Below are positions 45,945-57,900 of a stretch of 64,000 nucleotides of DNA, in pieces. Positions within the stretch are counted from its first letter, which is position 1; each line of letters begins with the position of its first letter. This DNA comes from Mizuhopecten yessoensis (taxonomy: Eukaryota). The stretch is from positions 13,241 through 77,240 of the forward strand of contig NW_018406801.1 in assembly GCF_002113885.1 (NCBI RefSeq). Reading direction: 5' to 3'. Both the position numbers and the translations under genes were made by a program. The notes under the pieces are model-generated. The model did not search any database. It was not told where the DNA came from and saw only the letters and a list, made by a program, of their open reading frames with translations.

Positions 45945-48900
45945 CTACATAATACAAAGATATTCTTTACATATATTGATCTATAGAAGCATGTTTTAGT
46001 GACCGATATTTTTTTTAAGACAACATTTCCGTGTTAATACGGACTCTAAATTGCGCCACACTTCAAAGGTGTATTTCCGTTTTGCTAGCTAAAAATAAAC
46101 CTGTCTTTACCTACAGAGTGAAAAGAAAGCTCAGAGGCGCTATTATTCTGTAAACATCACCATCACGTCATCGCCTTATATAGTTTATATCGACTCCTGC
46201 CTATGCTTTTTCATATCCGTATTTACTGCCTAAACTAATTTCCTTCTATTTTAATTTCTGTTTATATCGACTCCTGTCCAAACTGCCTCCTGTCTGTATT
46301 TACTCCCGACTATACTGATCCCCTTTCTAAACTGATTTCTGTAAATAAAAAAAACTTCTGTCTATACCGATTCCTCTTACTCCCACTTCCCATCTTTATT
46401 TACTTCCAGCTATATTGATTTTTCTAAATCATCTCCTGACAGAACTGATAGCGACATCTGTCATTACTAATTCTAAGCTTTACTGTCTATATTCATGTCT
46501 GTTCTGTACACTAAACCTGTGTAAACTGACTCCTATCCGTACATCACTCGCCCATACTGACCTTACTCCCGCAGTATCTGTCGACCAAGGGATCGGTATC
46601 GTGCATTCCGTCATATATCTCGACATTGTCGTACCTGTCCACAAAACAATCAAAGTGAATTAACATGATAAACATTACAAACAATTATAAGATAGATTCT
46701 ATTCATTGTACAGGCCAATCTCTCATCTGTTCAAGCGTAAAAATACCGACCGTTAAAAAAGTGAAAAAAGAAGCTTCTCAATTAAATTGATATAACGACA
46801 CTCATGAAACCGTCTAAAAGGATTCCGCGAACACATTCGACCCCAATAACTCTGAAAGAGGACTTATCTCATAGACAGGCCTCAATATCAACAAGAACTT
46901 ATTTTGTTTTCTTTTTTCTTCTTTTTTTTTTTTACAAAAGAGACCAAAGATTTAATTTTTATTTCACCCACGTGAATCTGAAAGTAAGTCGTGATCTTCC
47001 ATGTTGTCAAAATCTGTTGCACTTCTTCTTACAAGCAAATAAATGGCCAATATGATAACTGTTCGCATTTTGGTTAGACAAATTTGACCCATACGACCTT
47101 GAATAAAGGTCATTTTTGCTTTCGAAAATGTGAAGGGCTTTATGCAAACACGCTTATGGTAAAATATTTTAAGATCATATGACACTATGCCGTTTTGGTG
47201 CTTAAGACGACGTCACTAAATAAAATGGTTGATATATGACAGACGCCTCACCAGGGGAGCTTATAGTTCAATCTACGTATTTAATCTAGACTCTTTTTAG
47301 CCATTATATCTGGTGTTCTGTATACATAACTCACCCGCATTCGCTTTCATCTTCTATTTCAAACGTGACAAAGTAGAATTTGATACGTTTGTTGCTTTTG
47401 GCCTCAATCACCCACTCACACTCCATCTTGTTGTCATAGTTCTGGTCGCCGTACTTAGAGTGCGAGTACAGTCTCTGTTGGCCATCCTTAGCTGTCAGGT
47501 GCCCGCCGCATTCTTTACATCAACATCAAACAGATTTAGTCAAGTACAAGTTGTTTCCCCTTCTCTTCATGTAACTATCGATATGAATATTATCAGCCAA
47601 ACTTATGTTTCACAAACCATCTCTTTTTTAAAATATGTATATGAGTAATTTACGGTTACCTTACATTTCAAGCAGCTCGTTGAATCCTGCCTGTCTTTAG
47701 AGTTTAGAGTAGCCTACATGTCACAAAAGTTTGACGTAGCTTACCTGTCTTTAGAGTTTAGAGTAGCCGACATGTCACAAAAGTTTAACGTAGCTTACCT
47801 GTCTTTAGAGTTTAGAGTAGCCTACATGTCACAAAAGTTTGACGTAGCTTATCTGTCTTTAGAGTTTAGAGTAGCCTACATGTCACAACAGTCTGACGTA
47901 GCTTACCTGTCTTTAGAGTTTAGAGTAGCCTACATGTCACAACAGTTTGACGTAGCTTATCTGTCTTTAGAGTTTAGAGTAGCCTACATGTCACAACAGT
48001 CTGACGTAGCTTACCTGTCTTTAGAGTTTAGAGTAGCCTACATGTCACAAAAGTTTGACGTAGCTTATCTGTCTTTAGAGTTTAGAGTAGCCTACATGTC
48101 ACAACAGTCTGACGTAGCTTACCTGTCTTTAGAGTTTAGAGTAGCCTACATGTCACAACAGTTTGACGTAGCTTACCTGTCTTTAGAGTTTAGAGTAGCC
48201 TACATGTCACAACAGTTTGACGTAGCTTACCTGTCTTTAGAGTTTAGAGTAGCCGACATGTCACAACAGTTTGACGTAGCTTACCTGTCTTTAGAGTTTA
48301 GAGTAGCCGACATGTCACAACAGTTTGACGTAGCTTACCTGTCTTTAGAGTTTAGAGTAGCCGACATGTCACAACAGTTTGAGGTAGCTTACCTGTCTTT
48401 AGAGTTTAANTAGAGTTTAGAGTAGCCTACATGTCACAACAGTCTGACGTAGCTTACCTGTCTTTAGAGTTTAGAGTAGCCTACATGTCACAACAGTCTG
48501 ACGTAGCTTACCTGTCTTTAGAGTTTAGAGTAGCCTACGTGTCACAACAGTTTGACGTAGCTTACCTGTCTTTAGAGTTAAGAGTAGCCGACATGTCACA
48601 ACAGTTTGACGTAGCTTACCTGTCTTGTGGATGGCGTGGAATCCTTTGCGTTGTACAGACGCGTCCGAGTAGAAAACCATATACATGACGTTACTGCTGG
48701 AGCTGATGGGACGTGGGATACTGCTGCCACAGAACCGACCCAGGCTGCGGGCATTCGAGTCCTTGCCGTCAAATATTTCAATGTGGTCGTAAGTACACTC
48801 CTGGTGGGGCTCCAACTCAAAGTGCTGGAAGACAAGCTTGATCCTGTGTCCCTCAGTGGTGGTGAATTGCCACACACAGTCCTTTCGGCTCGGGTAGTAG

Positions 48901-51900
48901 TCCGGCCAGTTTGGGCTACTTATCTCCCCTTGGGGGTCACTGTTGGTGTGTTGGCATCCACCTAGTACAACATACGTATGGGGATGTACATATGACGGCT
49001 ACTAGGTGTTTCATGTTTTACAGTGTGCTATATCACTAGAAACAGTTACTGGTAATGTGAATGTTATAATGATGTGCTTTAATGCATTACTGAATACGGC
49101 TATGTTAAACCAGTGTTTACGTCAGTCTAGTAACTTAGAGTGATAAATACTGAATCAGTGTGGTTTCCACTACGTTTGACCTTAAATATGACCATGGCAT
49201 ACAATTATTAAACAAAACGATTGATGTAATAGATTGAAAACACCCCTCATTATAAAACTACTAAAACAACAGACAAGTGATACATCTGAAGAAGTTGTGA
49301 ACATGACTTTGTCGGTCAATTTAATGGTGTCGCTGATCACCTTACCTTCCTTGCAGTCATGTTTGTTTTCATGCAAGGTGAATCCATTGTGGCAGGCACA
49401 CTCATAGCTCCCGACAGTGTTCTTACAAATATGTTGACAACCTCCATTGTTTACAGCACATTCATCCATGTCTGCAAGAAAAATGGCTTGTTAGATAATT
49501 GTATTGTGCGGAAATCTATCATTACCACAGAGGTATATCATAACCATCGCCGCCTCAAGAAGTATTGTTTCATCATTATGGTTTAGGAAGTGTTTATTAT
49601 GTCATTAGGGAGTGTTCATTACACAATTAGGAAGTGTTCATTGCGTCATCAGGTAGTGTTCATTACGTCATCCGAAAGTGTTCATTTTGTCATCAGAAAG
49701 TGTTCATTTTGTAATCAGGAAGTGGTTATGTTTGTCATTAGGAAGTGGTTATATTTGTCATTAGGAAGTGTGCATTTTGACACAGAAGTACATTACCTGT
49801 AAAGAAAACAGCTTGGAAACCTGTTTTCTGTACGGAGTTATCAGAGTTGAATTCAATGCGGAGTGTGTTGCTCTCTGAGGTGATGGGCATGGGGAGATTG
49901 GAGCCACAGAATATCCCGTGTATGACTGCCTCTGTTCCTACACCACTGCTCACCCGCACCGAGTCGTACTCACAATCTTGCTGTCAAACAAGCACACACA
50001 TTTATTACTCTGGTATCATTAATCATCAGTACATTTCATATATATTCTGTCAATAATCCATTTTGAAAAGTTTGCAATTTTATAAGAAAACATTGTATTT
50101 AGCTTGATGGTATTTATAAGCGGAGCTGGTTCTAAAGTTTTTTTATAAATTTTATTGGTATGATGTTCAAGATATATTAATGGTAGTTTACTGAAACCTG
50201 CTCACGTTATTGCCCTCCATGTCAAAATGTGTGAAGTTGAGTGTGATCCTGTACTGGTCCGGGGCCACAATTTCCCACACACACATCTTGTTGGGTGGGT
50301 ACAGGTCAGGGAAGGAGGGGCTCTGAATCGTACCATTCTCAAGGTCTATGTAGCCTCCACACGCATCTAATCACAAGGAAAATATAAATTAAAGTGCCAA
50401 CATTTCACACTGTAGTTACAACTGTACCAATACTATTAAAAATGTATCAGAGTGCTTGTAAATGTTAAAGAATATTATTAATGTATAAAAAATGTATGAA
50501 ATAAATATATTTGAAGATGTATATACTGTGTTATGATATATGCTATCTTTAGCATTGTCGAAAAACAGCAATGTCCTGTTTCCAAGACATTGACCGCTGG
50601 TCTACCTCATTCCTAACACTGTATCATTTACCTTCACATTTCTTTCCGTCGGAGTGGAGCTCATACCCAATCTTACATTCACACTTGAAGTTGCCGAGTG
50701 TGTTAACACAAATATGGTCACAGCCATGGTAGTCTGTCGCACACTCATCATACTCTGTAACACAATGGAATACATATCACAGTTACACAACGTAACACAA
50801 ATATGGTCACAGCCATGGTAGTCTGTCGCACTTTCGTCATACTCTGTAACACAATGGAATACATATCACAGTTACACAACGTAACACAAATATGGTCACA
50901 GCCATGGTAGTCTGTCGCACACTCGTCATACTTTGTAACACAATGGAATACATATCACAGTTACACCACGTAACACAAATATGGTCACAGCCATGGTAGT
51001 CTGTCGCACACTAGTCATACTTTGTAACACAATGGAATACATATCACAGTTACGCCACGTAACACAAATAGGGTCACAGCCATGGTAGTCTGTCGCACAC
51101 TCGTCATACTCTGTAACACAATGCAATACATATCACTGTAACACAACGTAACATAAATCTGTAAAACAAATAGGTTATACATTGTAACACACATATGTCT
51201 CTTGTCATAATCTGTAACGCAAATTGGTCACTTGTCAGTAACACAAAGTAATTCATATCTCTGTAACACAAATTGGTCAATGTTCAATGCTCTTTATTCC
51301 TTAGGTTTGCGGCCAATAAGTTGCAAATACAAACATAAACATGTACACAAATGGGTCACTTTTCTGTAACACATATAGGTCATTTGTCTGTATAAGAACT
51401 AAGTCACTTTTCAAACTAGCAAACGGGTCACCTGTCTGTATCGCAAGTCAGTCGCTTGTTTTAACGCAATTGGTAATTTGTTATGATCTGTAACACAAAT
51501 AGGTCACTTGTCTTTATAAATGTTACACAAATACGTCACTTATTGTACATATATAATGTATTATTTGACACCCATAGGTCACTTTTCATATATTACATAT
51601 CCAAAAGCTCACTTTTATGTTTTGTAACACAAATAAGTCCATTATCTATGTAACGTCATTAAGTCACGTGTCCTAACGAAAATATGTACTGATATATATA
51701 TCCAGTGATGTTCAACGCGATCCTTCCTATTTACGGTACATTTATTTACTTTTCAAATTCATTTTTCTCATCTACACGATGAAGTCGAGATAATCCACCT
51801 ACCCTTTACAAAGGAAGCAGCAAACCCAGCCTTCTGTACAGAGCCGTCAGACACAAACTTTACATATAACTTGTTTCCGGTAGACTTGATATCCTCTGGA

Positions 51901-54900
51901 ATTTTATACCCACAGAATCGACCAATCAGTGGAGAGTTATCCTCGTGTCCATCCCGTATCTCCAGATAGTCATAGACACAGTTGTCATGGTTTTCGATCT
52001 GGTTACAAAAGAGGATATTGGCATTTTACAATAGACCATACACAATAACCCAATATGAACTCTTCATTTACAAATAAGTTTGCAACTACGCATTTATTTT
52101 TCATGCTAGAAGTTTATAAGCTTAAGGAAGACCTACTATTGTTGGGCAACTAAATGTTTCAAATACCTGAGGTATTTATCCATTAAAAAGTATTTGCCTA
52201 CTAAGGACCAGTAGTGGTCAACTGATACCTATCGGAGCTTTTTAAGCTATGTATAACACATCTCCATTAATATTAAGGACACTTTCGTGTTCTTTTCATA
52301 TCCACTGTTTCGCAAACTTTCCTGAACTATAATACATCATGGTACTTTAATAGGCCGCAAGTGTTGTTATGGTAGAACCGACTGTTAGAACGAGTTATTT
52401 AAGAGAACGGTTAATGCATTGATGTTATTGGCACCAACATTTATATTTCGAGTTTGTTTATGCTGTCAAATAGATTGACGTAAATGTAAAGAAATAAAAA
52501 GTTGTACTTGTTGTCTGTTTTAGTAACGTAATAACCTGCAGCCCTGGTGTAGTCTGTGGAAGTAACATAATTACCTGTAGCCCAGGTGTGGTCTGTGAGA
52601 GGATAACAGACCTGTAAGGTGCTGCTAATATCTGGCTCTGCCTGCCATAAACACAATTTCCCCTCGAACAGCGAAATAATTAAATACAAGCCAATATCTG
52701 GAACATATCCAACTTTATCTTTCTTCCATAATTTGTATGTACGTGAAGTGGGACTATAATGAGGGACTACCTGTGGCAGAATAGCTCAGTTGGTTCGAAT
52801 ATTCCCAATGGAGGTTAAAATATTGGACTGGCAATATTACATTTGTCCTCTCCTGTTATAGTGGTGCTGATAACCAACTCATGTTTAATGCAGTATGTGT
52901 GTGTTTTGCAAAGGAATATCCGAAACAGGGTTGTTATAAATGTTGTTTTATGGGACAAAGTTTTTGAAAAAAAGTGAGGTGGGCAGCGATATAAACAACA
53001 GTATGGGTTAATTGTAAACAATGTCCTTACTATGCTATCTATCTGGAGTTACAGAGAAACACACTTATTTGTACATACTATTGAGCCTAGATATCCTAGC
53101 TAAACATTTCTCTCTAACCACCTCTTGTCTACTAGACACATTATATAGCGGCCACTTATCTGTTTGTCCCACTCTCCAACCACCACCAATCTGTTTGTCC
53201 ACTCTCCAACCGCCACCAATCTGTTTGTTCACTCACTAACCACCAACAATCTGTTTGTCCACTCTCTAACCACCAACAATCTGTTTGTCCCACTCTCCAA
53301 CCACCACCAATCTGTTTGTCCACTCTCCAACCAACACCAATCTGTTTGTCCACTCTGCAACCACCACCAATCTGTTTGTCCACTCTCCAACCATCACCAA
53401 TCTGTTTATCAACTCTCAAGCCACCACCAATATGTTTGTCCACTCTCCAACCACCACCAATCTGTTTGTCCACTCTCCAACCAACACCAATCTGTTTGTC
53501 CCACTCTCGAACCACCACCAATCTGCTAGTCCACTCTCCAACCACCACCAATCTGCTAGTCCGTTCTCCAACCACCACCAATCTGTTTGTCCCACTCTCC
53601 AACCACCACCAATCTGTTTGTTCCGTTCTCATTCAACCACCAATCTGCTAGTCCGTTTTCCAACCACCACCAATCTGCTAGTCTGTTCTCCAACCACCAC
53701 CAATCTGCTAGTCCGTTCTCCAACCACCAACACTCTGCTAGTTCGTTCTCCATCACCCACCAATCTGCTAGTCCACTCTCCAACCACGACCAATCTGCTA
53801 GTCCGTTCTCCAACCACCACCAATCTGCTAGTTCGTTCTCCAACCACCACCAATCTGATTGTCCACTCTCCAACCACCACCAATCTGCTAGTCCGTTCTC
53901 CAACCACCAACAATCTGCTAGTTCGTTCTCCATCAACCACCAATCTGCTAGTCCGTTTTCCAACCACCACCAATCTGTTTGTCCACTCTCCAACCACCAC
54001 CAATCTGCTAGTCCGTTCTCCAACCACCACCAATCTGTTTGTCCACTCTCCAACCACCACCGATCTGCTAGTCCGTTCCCCAACCACCACCGATCTGCTA
54101 GTCCGTTCTCCAACCACCACCGATCTGCTAGTCCGTTTTCCAACAACCACCAATATGCTAGTCTGTTCTCCAACGACCACCAATCTGCTAGTCCGTTCTC
54201 CAACCACCACCAATCTGCTAATCCACTATCCAGCCACGACCTATTTTGTTGTTCAACTATCCCGACGCCACTAGTATGGGTGTCTCACTATCCAGTTAGT
54301 GTTCCAGGAAATGGACTGATATATTATCTATATAATCTTCCCAATAACCTGCTATGTTCTACAGGTGTCACAATTTGTAGAAACAAGACCAGAAGGTGAG
54401 ATAATGAAAATATTGCAAGAAAACATACCTAAAAACTGGAATCTGATTGCCACAAACTTCTATCACGGACATCATGATATTCGAAGCAATCTCTTGATAA
54501 CCTCCTTAAATGCGACATGTAAACACATAAGTCATAGACTTTACTATCAGGAAAGGGAAAGTTTAGATAGGAAAATCCAAATCCTGCCGCTCTTCTGGCA
54601 TTCGTATAGTAAGCCTTCAATTTGGTCATGATCTAAAATAATATCGATGAAAGCGACGGAGGTGGAGGTAGGAGAGTCTATGGTTTCATTAGTTTCAAGT
54701 TTTGAGGGTAAACACATGGACGAGGTAATCAATTGAATGAAAGAAATTGCGAAAGAACATAGCGACAAAACATGTGTAATTGAAATTCAGAGGACTTGGC
54801 GAGGTGTTTGTAACCAGTTCTAATAAAACAATTCGACCAGAAGTGGGAGACAGATTGTTTGTATGGGAATGCTACAATCTGCCGTTATATCTTGCCACAA

Positions 54901-57900
54901 TACTATAAGAACATTGTCAATAAGGAACTCAATCATTCTTGCATTTCATCCTCGTTTTTGTCTTGTTTTCATATTAGTCTACAGTCATATACCTATACAT
55001 GTATATTTGTATTTGGAAAAGAAAACTCTCATGTTTTAACGAAGGCGTTCCTTCAACAGGGTATGATGTATGGAAGTGTACCGAGTGGAAAAGTAACATG
55101 TTCTGATGGAAGAATTAGGTTGAGGAAGAGATACTCAAGATGGATGAAAAGATTCAAAATCCACTTTTCGTTAATTCAACTTCTGAAGTATAGAGTTTCA
55201 TTCATGTAATACAACTGTATTTCTGATTTAATGGTACTAAGAATGATAGTGATATATTTGGTTAATGACTTGATTGGCAGTTAGTAGAGGCAGCGATAAA
55301 CGTTGTTTAGAAGATATTCTGGAAGCCAATAAAAGGCAGATTAAAAAAAGCAGGATTAGTTTTGGTTTTGTCTTTCGCAAAAAAAGGAAGATGTATAGGT
55401 AGGGTTTCATCGTTTATCAAGAAAGCATAGCTAATTTGCGAGCAGGAGATGTTGTAGTGTTTGTTACAGACACGGAGTAGGTCATTAGATACTTTGTCTA
55501 CTGATACAACTACATACCTACCATGTTGTAGTGTTACAGACACGGAGGAGGTTATTAGATACTTTGTCTACTGATACAACTACATACCTACCATGTTGTA
55601 GTGTTACAGACACGGAGTAGGTCATTAGATACTTTGTCTACTGATACAACTACATACCTACCATGTTGTAGTGTTACAGACACGGAGTAGGTCATTAGAT
55701 ACTTTGTCTACTGATACAACTACATACCTACCATGTTGTAGTGTTACAGACACGGAGTAGGTCATTAGATACTTTGTCTACTGATACAACTACATACCTA
55801 CCATGTTGTAGTGTTACAGACACGGAGTAGGTCATTAGATACTTTGTCTACTGATACAACTACATACCTACCATGTTGTAGTGTTACAGACACGGAGTAG
55901 GTCATTAGATACTTTGTCTACTGATACAACTACATACCTACCATGTTGTAGTGTTACAGACACGGAGTAGGTCATTAGATACTTTGTCTACTGATACAAC
56001 TACATACCTACCATGTTGTAGTGTTACAGACACGGAGTAGGTCATTAGATACTTTGTCTACTGATACAACTACATACCTACCATGTTGTAGTGTTACAGA
56101 CACGGAGTAGGTCATTAGATACTTTGTCTACTGATACAACTACATACCTACCATGTTGTAGTGTTACAGACACGGAGTAGGTCATTAGATACTTTGTCTA
56201 CTGATACAACTACATACCTACCATGTTGTAGTGTTACAGACACGGAGTAGGTCATTAGATACTTTGTCTACTGATACAACTACATACCTACCATGTTGTA
56301 GTGTTACAGACACGGAGTAGGTCATTAGATACTTTGTCTACTGATACAACTACATACCTACCATGTTGTAGTGTTACAGACACGGAGTAGGTCATTAGAT
56401 ACTTTGTCTACTGATACAACTACATACCTACCATGTTGTAGTGTTACAGACACGGAGTAGGTCATTAGATACTTTGTCTACTGATACAACTACATACCTA
56501 CCATGTTGTAGTGTTACAGACACGGAGTAGGTCATTAGATACTTTGTCTACTGATACAACTACATACCTACCATGTTGTAGTGTTACAGACACGGAGTAG
56601 GTCATTAGATACTTTGTCTACTGATACAACTACATACCTACCATGTTGTAGTGTTACAGACACGGAGTAGGTCATTAGATACTTTGTCTACTGATACAAC
56701 TACATACCTACCATGTTGTAGTGTTACAGACACGGAGTAGGTCATTAGATACTTTGTCTACTGATACAACTACATACCTACCATGTTGTAGTGTTACAGA
56801 CACGGAGTAGGTCATTAGATACTTTGTCTACTGATACAACTACATACCTACCATGTTGTAGTGTTACAGACACGGAGTAGGTCATTAGATACTTTGTCTA
56901 CTGATACAACTACATACCTACCATGTTGTAGTGTTACAGACACGGAGTAGGTCATTAGATACTTTGTCTACTGATACAACTACATACCTACCATGTTGTA
57001 GTGTTACAGACACGGAGTAGGTCATTAGATACTTTGTCTACTGATACAACTACATACCTACCATGTTGTAGTGTTACAGACACGGAGTAGGTCATTAGAT
57101 ACTTTGTCTACTGATACAACTACATACCTACCATGTTGTAGTGTTACAGACACGGAGTAGGTCATTAGATACTTTGTCTACTGATACAACTACATACCTA
57201 CCATGTTGTAGTGTTACAGACACGGAGTAGGTCATTAGATACTTTGTCTACTGATACAACTACATACCTACCATGTTGTAGTGTTACAGACACGGAGTAG
57301 GTCATTAGATACTTTGTCTACTGATACAACTACATACCTACCATGTTGTAGTGTTACAGACACGGAGTAGGTCATTAGATACTTTGTCTACATACCTACC
57401 ATGTTGTAGTGTTACAGACACGGAGGAGGTCATTAGATACTTTGTCTACTGATACAACTACATACCTACCATGTTGTAGTGTTACAGACACGGAGTAGGT
57501 CATTAGATACTTCGTCTACATACCTACCATGCAGATCGTTGAATGTGGGCTGGACATCAACGTAAAAAAATACAGACTTTTGTTTCGTTTTCTTTGTTTT
57601 CCTTTGAATCTGTATTTTTTGTGAATGTTGGATCCGATAAATTTTGCCTGTTTTGAAAGTGAATGCAATTCAGCGTGCTTTGGTATTACCTTTTGTCTGG
57701 CGTAGGGGCAGATTAAAAATCAATTCAGCGTGCTTTGGTATTACATTTTGTCTGGCGTAGGGGCAGATTAAAAATCCTGTAAACCTATCGGATCGAGCTC
57801 CAATTAACATAACTGAATCTCTTCCTTTTTAAAAAGTTCATACATTTCAGTCGACGCAAATGACTTGAAATTTTCAGACGATATTCCTAAAAGACCTACC

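Noticed and set aside
47718-48688. Plus-strand repetitive ORF ([18 protein letters not shown])n
   Set aside because: Antisense reading of the 54-bp splice-site array; no independent evidence of coding.
53156-54399. Long ORFs (up to 329 aa, [10 protein letters not shown] repeats)
   Set aside because: By-products of a stop-free 30-bp minisatellite that is open in several frames on both strands; intronic to tolloid; no supporting gene structure.
55451-57530. CRISPR-like regularity (also 29760-30470 and 5383-6722)
   Set aside because: Units are head to tail with no unique spacers, there are no cas genes, and the context is eukaryotic.
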